DNA of 64,000 nt, from positions 1-64,000 of the IMG/VR virus record IMGVR_UViG_2974538492_000001. The stretch is one strand, 5' to 3'. The notes beneath the pieces are model-generated. The model did no database searches and was not told the DNA's origin. It was given only the letters and a program-made list of their open reading frames with translations. Source of the DNA: a virus (taxonomy: Duplodnaviria > Heunggongvirae > Uroviricota > Caudoviricetes). Made by a program: the position numbers and the translations under genes. Position 1 is the stretch's first letter. Each line of letters begins with the position of its first letter. Shown one piece after another: positions 53,472-61,931 of this stretch.

Positions 53472-54404
53472 ATGGGTTCGTTTAATACAACATGTTCAAT
53501 ATCAAGATTACCAATTGGTATAGGTGATGAAGTAAAGTTATTCTTTATTGTTAAAAATCCTTATAATGACAGTATTAATTGTTATACAAATAATAGTTGG
53601 AATATTTTTGGATTACCATTGGATGCTGTATATGATGATTATGGTCGATATAAATTAATTGAAACTGAACAAAATATTTCAATTTGGGAAGTATATAAAA
53701 GAAATTTTGAAGAACGAATTTTAGAAGTTTCTAAAGGTGAACGTTATCGTGAGTGTGGTGTTTCTAAAACTAATATTACTTTTGACAATCTTCAAGATGC
53801 AATTTGGGAAAATCATGCTAAATTGGTACATACATTCTTTGATGATCCAGAAAAACATTTAACTATACAAGTAATGGCAGTACATAAAACTGTATATGAA
53901 CATATGTCTACATCATATACGTACTGGAATGGTACTATTGATGCTAACGAAACAACAGAAAAAGTATTATCCCATGAATTGTGTGAATCCTTTTTAACGT
54001 ATAAAGATATAATTGAATCATATAATGAAGATAGTTTAGAAGTTGATGAAAATGGAGAATTAACTAAAGAATCTGAAAATATTTGTGATCTTTACTATAG
54101 AATTCTATGGATGGTTGATTTTTACGAAACACCAGAAATGTATGAAAAAAATGGTATTTCATTAAACTGTAATAAATCAATTTATCATTTGGTAAAATAT
54201 GAATTAAATGAATATATTACATTTTGTTCAGAGTTAATTAGAAAATATATTTTCGAGTGCAATATGCAACAATTAAATATACAAGTACAACCAATTATGA
54301 CATCTGGACAAGACTATCATTTTCAAACACATATACAGTTACATGAAATGATTGTCGAATTATCAAAAGAAAAACATAACGAACATGATAATTGGGATGA
54401 ATAA
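53472..54404 (+). CDS. Hypothetical protein, ~310 aa
   Basis: Internal ATG with RBS ttggagatagttATG (the ORF track starts at 53460). Confidence 0.65.
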   Translation: MGSFNTTCSISRLPIGIGDEVKLFFIVKNPYNDSINCYTNNSWNIFGLPLDAVYDDYGRYKLIETEQNISIWEVYKRNFEERILEVSKGERYRECGVSKTNITFDNLQDAIWENHAKLVHTFFDDPEKHLTIQVMAVHKTVYEHMSTSYTYWNGTIDANETTEKVLSHELCESFLTYKDIIESYNEDSLEVDENGELTKESENICDLYYRILWMVDFYETPEMYEKNGISLNCNKSIYHLVKYELNEYITFCSELIRKYIFECNMQQLNIQVQPIMTSGQDYHFQTHIQLHEMIVELSKEKHNEHDNWDE

Positions 54405-54407
54405 AAT

Positions 54408-54608
54408 ATGAATATTTTTATGGGAGTATTGACAGTAATAGTCTATTTGTTTATAGGGTATCTGGCATATCATGACCACAAACAAAAATTTAAAGAAGAA
54501 CCACAAAAGAAAGTAAAAAGTATAATTTATGCAATAACAGCGGTGGTATTATATGCCCTTATTGGTTTTTTCTTAGCAGTACTTTTATACTTGATTTTAA
54601 CAATGTAA
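54408..54608 (+). CDS. Small membrane protein, 66 aa, 2 TM helices
   Basis: IFMGVLTVIVYLFIGYLAY and IIYAITAVVLYALIGFFLAVLLYLIL. Confidence 0.6.
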   Translation: MNIFMGVLTVIVYLFIGYLAYHDHKQKFKEEPQKKVKSIIYAITAVVLYALIGFFLAVLLYLILTM

Positions 54609-54617
54609 GGATATATA

Positions 54618-55064
54618 ATGGCTGGAAAGGGATTTGCATGTTTGACGTTGGATATTGAACAGGCTAAAGAAATACATAAAATTTTTAAGATTGCTGGAAT
54701 TGAATGCTTGACACCAACTAAATTTCATGTTACCGTTATGCAAGATGAAAGCAATCCTGATATTGATATTTTAGTAAATGATGCAACATACACAGCAACA
54801 ATAACTGGTGTAGAAAGATTAGGAAAACCTGGTGGTGAATGGGAAGCAATAGTACTGTTATTAAAATCACCAGAAATTGAAAATCGACATAAGGAATTAA
54901 AAAATGCAGGATTCAATCACAAATTTCCTGATTATACTTGTCATATGAGTATTGTTTATAAACCAAAAGATACAGATTTAGATTTAATTGAACTAGTTTT
55001 TAAACTTGGGGTTCTTCCAGAAGAATTAACTTTTGGTAATGAATATATGGAAACATCAACGTGA
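54618..55064 (+). CDS. 2H-phosphoesterase superfamily protein (LigT / cyclic phosphodiesterase fold); candidate Acb1-like anti-CBASS nuclease or RNA 2',3'-cyclic phosphodiesterase
   Basis: Two H-x-[TS] motifs (FHVTV and CHMSI) about 70 residues apart in a 148-aa protein, the hallmark of 2H phosphoesterases. Confidence 0.65.
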   Translation: MAGKGFACLTLDIEQAKEIHKIFKIAGIECLTPTKFHVTVMQDESNPDIDILVNDATYTATITGVERLGKPGGEWEAIVLLLKSPEIENRHKELKNAGFNHKFPDYTCHMSIVYKPKDTDLDLIELVFKLGVLPEELTFGNEYMETST

Positions 55065-55074
55065 GATAACTGCC

Positions 55075-55293
55075 ATGAAAGCAGATCAGTACTTAAATGA
55101 ATATCAAAAAAGTTTATATAGTGGGGCGTGGGTTGATTCACATCCAGCCTCAGATAAAATGGTAACATGTATCAGATGTTTTAATTCATATAATTTGAAA
55201 TTAGCACCAAGAACTGTACCTAAGACTGATGGATATTATACTAAAGAACCAAAATGTCCAACATGTGGATGTCGATTATATTTTTCACAATAA
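55075..55293 (+). CDS. Small zinc-ribbon protein, ~72 aa
   Basis: CIRC...CPTCGC forms two Cys pairs; start chosen at the internal ATG because the ORF track start at 55033 overlaps the previous gene by 32 nt; the start is uncertain. Confidence 0.45.
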   Translation: MKADQYLNEYQKSLYSGAWVDSHPASDKMVTCIRCFNSYNLKLAPRTVPKTDGYYTKEPKCPTCGCRLYFSQ

Positions 55294-55324
55294 CTATAAT
55301 TTATTATTTTAAGAAGTAATTGAA

Positions 55325-55735
55325 ATGCTAATTAATGATAAAAATCATTTATACCATCTTATAAAGTATGGTGTATATTTTGGATACAGCAATGACAGTA
55401 TTATAGAATTTATCCAAAATTTTGGAACTGCATATGAAGAAATTAACGGAAAGTTTTTTGATTATCGTATTAAAGGTGAAACTGCTGGAACTGGTCATAT
55501 GTGCTCATGGTATGAAGCTATAACACTTTCCTATAAAGAATTAACTAACCGGATTAATTCTAATAGATATTGTGATATTATTTTTCCGTGGGATAATGAT
55601 AAACCATTTAACAAAACACTAACAGATAGCTATGTAACCAATTTGTATAGTACTAATTTTATGTATAGATATAAAGTAGAACAATTATTTAATTACATAA
55701 CAACTAATTTTGATATAACATTTCAACAGGAATAA
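55325..55735 (+). CDS. Hypothetical protein, 136 aa
   Basis: RBS ttttaagaagtaattgaaATG is weak; the ORF is compact. Confidence 0.55.
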   Translation: MLINDKNHLYHLIKYGVYFGYSNDSIIEFIQNFGTAYEEINGKFFDYRIKGETAGTGHMCSWYEAITLSYKELTNRINSNRYCDIIFPWDNDKPFNKTLTDSYVTNLYSTNFMYRYKVEQLFNYITTNFDITFQQE

Positions 55736-55737
55736 AA

Positions 55738-56529
55738 ATGAATCTCAATAACTTTATTGCAAATAAAGGTGTTCCACGGTTAGTATTTGCTACAGGTGCA
55801 GGATTATCACAAGAATCTGGAATTAGTACTTTTCGTGATGCTGATAATGAAGGTTTATGGGATCAGTACAATATTGATGAAATTTGTAATTTTGCAACTT
55901 TTCATATTAATTATCAAAAAGTACATAATTTTTACAACCAGCTACGAGAAAACTTAAAACATGTTGAACCAAATATTGGTCATCATATTATTGCTGAATT
56001 TCAAAAAATGTACGGGGATGATAGGGTAATACATATCACGGCTAATGTTGATGATTTATCAGAACGTGCAGGTGGAACAGCAATGCATGTTCATGGTAAA
56101 CTAACTGAAGTAGTAGAACCTTTTAGTATTAATTCTAACAATTATGAAGTAAAAGATATTGGATATGAAAGTTTCACACCAACTGATGGGGTAATTTCTA
56201 AACCAAATATTGTTATGTTTGGTGAAGGATTTTGGTTCACTGATGGTGTACGTAAACCAATTTACGATGATATGTATCTAGTACTAGATAGTTTAACTGA
56301 ACAAGATACTGTAATTGTTATTGGTTCATCTGATACAGTAATTCCTTGGTCAGTATATGCTGGGTTAGCAACTCCAGCCCAAACATTAAATGTGAATCCA
56401 GAATCACACGAAAAAGATGAATATTTTACATATAATATGTATCAACCAATCAGCAATGCAATATCTATGATTGACCAATATATTCACATGCGTATGGATA
56501 AACAAGATTTTAGCTCAGTAGAATATTAA
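55738..56529 (+). CDS. Sir2-family NAD-dependent protein deacylase / ADP-ribosyltransferase (CobB-like)
   Basis: FATGAGLSQESGISTFRDADNEGLW matches the sirtuin GAGISAESGIPTFR Rossmann motif; the catalytic His is plausibly in GHHIIAEF. Confidence 0.8.
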   Translation: MNLNNFIANKGVPRLVFATGAGLSQESGISTFRDADNEGLWDQYNIDEICNFATFHINYQKVHNFYNQLRENLKHVEPNIGHHIIAEFQKMYGDDRVIHITANVDDLSERAGGTAMHVHGKLTEVVEPFSINSNNYEVKDIGYESFTPTDGVISKPNIVMFGEGFWFTDGVRKPIYDDMYLVLDSLTEQDTVIVIGSSDTVIPWSVYAGLATPAQTLNVNPESHEKDEYFTYNMYQPISNAISMIDQYIHMRMDKQDFSSVEY

Positions 56530-56538
56530 GGTTATATT

Positions 56539-57447
56539 ATGATAGGTTATGAAGAAATTGAATTCGGAACACGTTCAAATCGATTTGACTGTGTTTTTGT
56601 ATGGATATATGCACGTAACTGTACACCATATGCTGGTTATCCATATAATGATATTCCTAATGTAAGTTTAGTACTTACTGAATTACGATGGGATGGGTTA
56701 TTTGGTGCAGTTGGTGGTGCAGTAGAAGATGATGATTTAAATTTAGAAGTTGCTATCCATCGTGAATCAATGGAAGAAATTGCGTATGATTTACCGATTG
56801 AACGACTTGAACCGTTGGCAACATATAAAAATACGATAAGTGGTTCTCATATTCATAGTTATTCATTGGAAGTAACTTATGAAGAACTATTAGAAATTCG
56901 TAAGAATGCATATGATGGTGTACATTTTAATCCTGAAAATGCAGGTATTAACTTACTACATATTTGCCGATATTTAAAATCTGGTAAAATTGAATGTGGT
57001 TGGAATACAGTACTTGAACAAAATTTTGTCAGTACTTCTAAACTGGAATTAATGAAATTAGTTCGTACTAAAAATTTACTTATTGATTATGTAGATGATA
57101 GTGCTGGAACTAAAGGTTCATATAAGATGTTTATTGATGATATACGTGATGTTAATATGTATTATCCATATGATGAATTTGTGGTAGTACGTTCATATAA
57201 AGATGCAGTTCAATATGTAACTGAACATGGACTACCATCATTTGTATCATTTGATCATGATTTGGGCGATACTGAAAGTGAAAATGAAGAAACAGGATAT
57301 ACATTTGCTAAGTACTTAGTAGAGTATATGATGGATAATCAAATTGCAGTCCCTTTTGAATATCATGTTCATAGTGCTAATCCAGTAGGGGCAATGAATA
57401 TCATGTCCTACTTGGAAAATGCATTTAAATTTATTCGGAGTTTATAA
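56539..57447 (+). CDS. Fusion protein: N-terminal Nudix-like hydrolase domain plus C-terminal cyclic-phosphate-processing receiver-like (CPR) domain
   Basis: N-terminal GGAVEDDDLNLEVAIHRESMEEIAYD is a degenerate Nudix box (RE..EE); C-terminal MFIDDIRDV...EFVVVRSYKDAVQYV...SFVSFDHDLGD...GYTFAKYLVE follows the CPR signature (DD.R, SFDHDLG, G...A.WL) described in nucleotide-centric conflict systems. Confidence 0.55.
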   Translation: MIGYEEIEFGTRSNRFDCVFVWIYARNCTPYAGYPYNDIPNVSLVLTELRWDGLFGAVGGAVEDDDLNLEVAIHRESMEEIAYDLPIERLEPLATYKNTISGSHIHSYSLEVTYEELLEIRKNAYDGVHFNPENAGINLLHICRYLKSGKIECGWNTVLEQNFVSTSKLELMKLVRTKNLLIDYVDDSAGTKGSYKMFIDDIRDVNMYYPYDEFVVVRSYKDAVQYVTEHGLPSFVSFDHDLGDTESENEETGYTFAKYLVEYMMDNQIAVPFEYHVHSANPVGAMNIMSYLENAFKFIRSL

Positions 57448-57749
57448 TGAAACGTTTTGTTTGGTCAATTATTTTATCTTTTCTTATTGTATATGCAATG
57501 TCATGGGCAGTAAGTTCATCTAAAGGTACTGAAAAACAGCGGATTTATTCTAATACCGGAGTTGTTGTTGCATTAGGTCAGTGTAAGAATGGTGAGTGTT
57601 CGTTTCAATACACTGATAAGAATAATTCATTACAGTATGCAACATCATCAACACCAGTTAGTATAGGACAACTGGTGTATCAACAATGTTGGTATGAAGA
57701 AGTGAAGGGAAATCTATGCTATACTGAATATCAACCTAGCAAAAACTAG
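57447..57749 (+). CDS. Small secreted protein, 100 aa, with signal peptide
   Basis: MKRFVWSIILSFLIVYAMSWAVSS; TAATG coupling. Confidence 0.6.
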   Translation: MKRFVWSIILSFLIVYAMSWAVSSSKGTEKQRIYSNTGVVVALGQCKNGECSFQYTDKNNSLQYATSSTPVSIGQLVYQQCWYEEVKGNLCYTEYQPSKN

Positions 57750-57821
57750 TTGTATTTTGTAATATTAAATACAATTAGTTAATAAAAAGTGTTACGCACA
57801 CAAACTAAAAAAAGGATGTTT

Positions 57822-59276
57822 ATGAAACGATATGTTCTTGACACAAACGTGATTCTTAGTGACCCAAATGCTATTCTTGCCTTTGAAGGTTCACATGTTA
57901 TTCTTCCATTCACAGTACTAGAAGAATTAGATTCCATTAAGAGTCGCAAAGTTGACATTAGTAGAGATGCACGTGTTGCAGTTCGCAATATTAGTGCAAT
58001 TCTTGAAGGTGCAACTCATGAAGAAATTGCAACTACAGGTGTTCCAATTTCACGTACTCACACCAATATTCACGAGGATACCCGTCTTTTTGTTCTAACC
58101 ATTGAAGAACTCGATGCAATTAAAGCATTATCTGGCTCTGCTACGTATGATGTGGACTATGCAAAGAATGAAACTCTACGTAATAGCACTGTACCAGATG
58201 ACAAAATTATTCTAGTTGCTAAGCTAAGTAATTCTGTACTAGTAACTCGTGATATTAATATGCGAATTAAAGCACTAGCATATGGTGTTGAAGTTCAAGA
58301 TTATCGTCACGATATAACAATTGAAGATTCTGATTTGATTCATACAGGTCATCATGCAATCGAAGGTTCAATTTGGGATCGCATTGGAACTGTTTATTCA
58401 GAACAACACGGAATCAAATTATTACACTTCGTACCAAAAGATCAAGTAGATTTCTTACCAGCAAATATTTGTGTTGGTGATTTTGTTTATGACGAAGCTG
58501 ATGTACTGTTCGTTTATGAAGGTGAAGGTGCACGTTTAGATGAAAATGATGAGCCAATTGATGATGAACAATATATTGCATTTATTGATGTTGGACAATC
58601 TTCTTCATTAAATCGTAAAGTATGGCATATCAAAGCTAAAAATATCCAACAGGCTATGGCAATTAATAGTATTATGGATAGTGATGTTCATATTACAGTA
58701 CTATTAGGATCAGCCGGTACTGGTAAAACACTAATTACTATGGCATGTGCTTTAGAATTAGTAATGGAATTGAAGCATAAAAACAAACGTTACGAGCGTA
58801 TTATTTTCTCTAAAACTCAGGATTCTCAATTTGAAGACATTGGTTTTTTACCAGGAACTGAGATGGAAAAAGTGATGCCATTCTGTGGTGCAGCAGTTGA
58901 TGCCTTGGAATATTTACATAAAGATGATGTGAATCCACAAGGTTCAATTGATGAAACTTTGAAACGTAATAAGTTCCAATTCAAAGCATTAAATTTTGTT
59001 CGTGGTCGTAGTTTCATTAATACAATTCTAATTGTGGATGAATTCCAAAATATTACACCAGCACAAGCAAAAACAATTTTGACTCGTGCAGGTGAGAACT
59101 GTAAAGTAATCATTATGGGTAACTTATCTCAGATTGATAATAAGTTTGTAAGTCCAACTAATAGTGGATTAACTTATGTTACTGAGAAATTTAAAGATTG
59201 GGAAGGTTGCCGAATTATTGAATTAGAAGGTGTAGTACGTTCACCACTAGCTGCTTTCGCAGAAGAAAATCTATAA
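57822..59276 (+). CDS. phoH: PIN-PhoH fusion ATPase (PhoH2-like)
   Basis: N-terminal PIN domain (YVLDTNVILSDP); C-terminal PhoH domain with Walker A GSAGTGKT and Walker B IVDEFQN; start at the ATG with RBS aaaaaggatgtttATG (the ORF track starts at the GTG at 57789). Confidence 0.85.
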   Translation: MKRYVLDTNVILSDPNAILAFEGSHVILPFTVLEELDSIKSRKVDISRDARVAVRNISAILEGATHEEIATTGVPISRTHTNIHEDTRLFVLTIEELDAIKALSGSATYDVDYAKNETLRNSTVPDDKIILVAKLSNSVLVTRDINMRIKALAYGVEVQDYRHDITIEDSDLIHTGHHAIEGSIWDRIGTVYSEQHGIKLLHFVPKDQVDFLPANICVGDFVYDEADVLFVYEGEGARLDENDEPIDDEQYIAFIDVGQSSSLNRKVWHIKAKNIQQAMAINSIMDSDVHITVLLGSAGTGKTLITMACALELVMELKHKNKRYERIIFSKTQDSQFEDIGFLPGTEMEKVMPFCGAAVDALEYLHKDDVNPQGSIDETLKRNKFQFKALNFVRGRSFINTILIVDEFQNITPAQAKTILTRAGENCKVIIMGNLSQIDNKFVSPTNSGLTYVTEKFKDWEGCRIIELEGVVRSPLAAFAEENL

Positions 59277-59282
59277 TTATAA

Positions 59283-59308
59283 AAGGGGATATTTCGGTAT
59301 CCCTTTTT
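59283..59308 (+). terminator. Rho-independent terminator
   Basis: aaaaGGGGATAtttcgGTATCCCtttttcc. Confidence 0.75.
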
Positions 59309-59323
59309 CCATAAGGCTAATAA

Positions 59324-59758
59324 ATGGAAATTTATTTAACAGGAATAGTACTGAAATTAGATGAAGCAAATTTAAACGGTAGAATTTATTCATTAAAAGA
59401 TGTAGAAAAATCTATATTAAATTTGCAAAATACTATTATACATGGTAACCTATTATCTGAAATTGACCCTTTGGAACGAACAGCAACGATTAATTTAGAT
59501 AATGTTGGTGCTATTGTTGAAAAATTAGAAATAGTTGATAACAATTTAGTTAGTACTGTTCGAGTACTACCTACGGTTAGGGGTCAACAATTAACTCGTG
59601 TATTAGAAAATAATGGAAATGTCTTTCTAAGCTCACGAGGATATGGTACAATTGATATTGATGGAAATATTGCCGATTTTAAATTAATTACGGTTGACAT
59701 ATTACCAGCACATGCATGTGATGATCCTGATAAAATTTGCAGGATTGATATAAAATAA
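59324..59758 (+). CDS. Hypothetical protein, 144 aa
   Basis: RBS ataaggctaataaATG. Confidence 0.65.
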   Translation: MEIYLTGIVLKLDEANLNGRIYSLKDVEKSILNLQNTIIHGNLLSEIDPLERTATINLDNVGAIVEKLEIVDNNLVSTVRVLPTVRGQQLTRVLENNGNVFLSSRGYGTIDIDGNIADFKLITVDILPAHACDDPDKICRIDIK

Positions 59759-59779
59759 ATGAAACAGCTTTAAAAATTA

Positions 59780-59788
59780 TGGTATAAT
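59780..59788 (+). promoter_or_regulatory. Extended -10 promoter element TGGTATAAT
   Basis: aaaaattaTGgTATAATctaaacataact about 30 nt upstream of the ATG at 59819. Confidence 0.45.
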
Positions 59789-59818
59789 CTAAACATAACT
59801 ACAATGAAGGAAATAAAA

Positions 59819-60076
59819 ATGGCTAAGCAAGATGATAAAGCACTAAAATCTACACGTAAAGATCGTCTATATAAAAATGAGCAGCTAGACGCTCTATTAG
59901 ACCTTCGTCGTAAAGGTGTTCTCACCCGTCAGCAGTTCCGTTTACAGACCTTTGATAAGGGTCTACAGGGCAGCACTAAGGGTTCTCCAATGTATAACGC
60001 ATTTGAACTAGAAAAAGTGAATGGTAGTAAAAAAGCGATTCTAGTTGAGAAAACTAAGCAGTGGGTACGTATCTAA
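59819..60076 (+). CDS. Hypothetical basic protein, ~85 aa
   Basis: RBS tgaaggaaataaaaATG, preferred over the ORF track start at 59804. Confidence 0.6.
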   Translation: MAKQDDKALKSTRKDRLYKNEQLDALLDLRRKGVLTRQQFRLQTFDKGLQGSTKGSPMYNAFELEKVNGSKKAILVEKTKQWVRI

Positions 60077-60165
60077 TTTCTGGCCTGTTTTGATATAAAC
60101 AACATAAATAAGTTTACAATAATAAAAATATTTTTGACTCCATGTTGTTTATATTACATTCTTTA

Positions 60166-60191
60166 AGGCCAACGTAAGTTGGCCTTTTTTA
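60166..60191 (+). terminator. Rho-independent terminator
   Basis: ttaaGGCCAACgtaaGTTGGCCttttttatt. Confidence 0.8.
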
Positions 60192-60204
60192 TTGGAAAAA
60201 TAAA

Positions 60205-60924
60205 ATGATTAATGAAAACAACGAACAAATAGATGTTGAATTAGAGAATCATAATATGATAGAAGAAATTTATACATATTTCTCTAATATCGGAACTCCT
60301 GATGTAATAATCTATGGTTCATTTATTGAAAAAACATGTGGGTTTGATGTTATTCCAAATGATATTGATATATCAGTAATTATTAAAGATGAATTGCCTG
60401 AAAATCATTATAGTACTTTTTTCTTAAATTCTTCTAAATTACCAATAAATGTTGAATACTTAAGTATGGAATCATTTAAACAAGAACTTAATTCATTCCA
60501 GCCAAAGTATTTTTTATGTACAGCAACTCCAGAATTAAGTGAACTGATAGATTCAGTTTGGAAAAATAAAGAATTGCATGAGATTCGTGCTGGTATCAGT
60601 TCTATAACTTCTAAAGCATTTGATAAAGGCCGAAAAAAACTGTTAGTTCATGAAGATTATGATGAAGTACTAGGTCTTAAAAATTTATATCATGCATTTA
60701 AATTTCCGTTATATGCAAAATGGTATTACTATCCTGAACTTGCATGTGAATGCTACTTAGATGATATCGAGTATTTGAATGATATTCATAAAAACATTTA
60801 TGAAATTTATAAAAATAGCAATGGAACACTTGATGAGCGGTGTGATATTGTAGTATCATATGCTAAACCACTTTATAATAAGTTGTTAACAGACTTCCGT
60901 AAATTATTTCCTAAAAAGGTATAG
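60205..60924 (+). CDS. Pol-beta-superfamily minimal nucleotidyltransferase, 239 aa
   Basis: IYGSFIEKTCGFDVIPNDIDISVI fits [GS]-x9-13-DxD. Confidence 0.6.
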   Translation: MINENNEQIDVELENHNMIEEIYTYFSNIGTPDVIIYGSFIEKTCGFDVIPNDIDISVIIKDELPENHYSTFFLNSSKLPINVEYLSMESFKQELNSFQPKYFLCTATPELSELIDSVWKNKELHEIRAGISSITSKAFDKGRKKLLVHEDYDEVLGLKNLYHAFKFPLYAKWYYYPELACECYLDDIEYLNDIHKNIYEIYKNSNGTLDERCDIVVSYAKPLYNKLLTDFRKLFPKKV

Positions 60925-60928
60925 CATA

Positions 60929-61144
60929 ATGACAATATTTGTAATTCTTGGAATGTTATTGCTGTTTTTATTTGGTTTGGCAGCGACTGTTGGAAGTATA
61001 GTTTTGATATTCTTCTCATCAATGTTTGGTGGTAAAGTTAGTACTGGTGAATTATTATTTGGTATATTTTGGATCTGCGTTGGTTCATATTGTTTGTACT
61101 ATGTATTTTCAAATATAAATTTTAGTATTAATATAACGGGATGA
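60929..61144 (+). CDS. Small membrane protein, 71 aa, 2 TM helices
   Basis: IFVILGMLLLFLFGLAATVGSIVLIFF and LLFGIFWICVGSYCLYYVF. Confidence 0.6.
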   Translation: MTIFVILGMLLLFLFGLAATVGSIVLIFFSSMFGGKVSTGELLFGIFWICVGSYCLYYVFSNINFSINITG

Positions 61145-61148
61145 TAAA

Positions 61149-61283
61149 ATGGGCGAATTGATTTTTGCATTAGTAGAATGCTTAATTGAAATATTGTGTA
61201 TGGGTGCCTCAGTTCGTTGGTTTTTTGGATTACTATTATTATCTATAGCTATTTGTGTTGGTTATTATACCTATATTATGTAA
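61149..61283 (+). CDS. Small membrane protein, 44 aa (MGELIFALVECLIEILCMGASVRWFFGLLLLSIAICVGYYTYIM)
   Basis: Not in the ORF track; starts 5 nt after the previous stop; hydrophobic. Confidence 0.4.
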   Translation: MGELIFALVECLIEILCMGASVRWFFGLLLLSIAICVGYYTYIM

Positions 61284-61360
61284 GGATTAAAAATGAAACT
61301 ATTTACAAAAGGACGTATGTCATTTCGATTATGAATTTTAAATCATAATAAGGAGGACAT

Positions 61361-61903
61361 ATGTTCTTTAATCAGAAATTTAAAATCTTCTATGATAACG
61401 GAAATGTAGTTGAAGTAGATGATTTGTTAGAATACATTGGTAATGCATATGGTGCTGCTGAAACATTCTACTTACGTATGAAGTTTACTATAAAAGTTGA
61501 TAAATCAAGTTTTTGGAGTTCTTTATGCTTTAACGAAAATTGGCATGTAAAAGATTTGTTCTTATACACTGAAAACAATATCATGATTTCTCCTGAGTTG
61601 TTTAAAGGTGAATATTTAAAACATCGTACCGATTATATGAATATATGGTACAGAAATCGTAAGTATTCCATGATGCAATGGAGGCATTTTCATTTCAAAC
61701 GTGGTCATACATCAACGTATGAACGTAAAATGGAAACGATAGCTGAACGTAGGGCAATTGCTGGTGTAGTAAAAGAAGAAGGTGAACCAGAGTTTCGTGG
61801 TCGCCGCCGTTGTATCCCACATCCGTGGGATGACATAATGGCTCGTCGCAGTCTTTCTTGGAAAGATTGTACTAAAAGAAAACGTCAACATAAAGGAAGC
61901 TAA
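61361..61903 (+). CDS. Hypothetical protein, 180 aa, basic C-terminus
   Basis: RBS aataaggaggacatATG. Confidence 0.7.
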   Translation: MFFNQKFKIFYDNGNVVEVDDLLEYIGNAYGAAETFYLRMKFTIKVDKSSFWSSLCFNENWHVKDLFLYTENNIMISPELFKGEYLKHRTDYMNIWYRNRKYSMMQWRHFHFKRGHTSTYERKMETIAERRAIAGVVKEEGEPEFRGRRRCIPHPWDDIMARRSLSWKDCTKRKRQHKGS

Positions 61904-61917
61904 TGCTTCCTTTTTTC
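61895..61917 (+). terminator. Rho-independent terminator overlapping the stop codon
   Basis: aaGGAAGCtaatGCTTCCttttttcat. Confidence 0.7.
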
Positions 61918-61931
61918 ATAGAAGATATATA

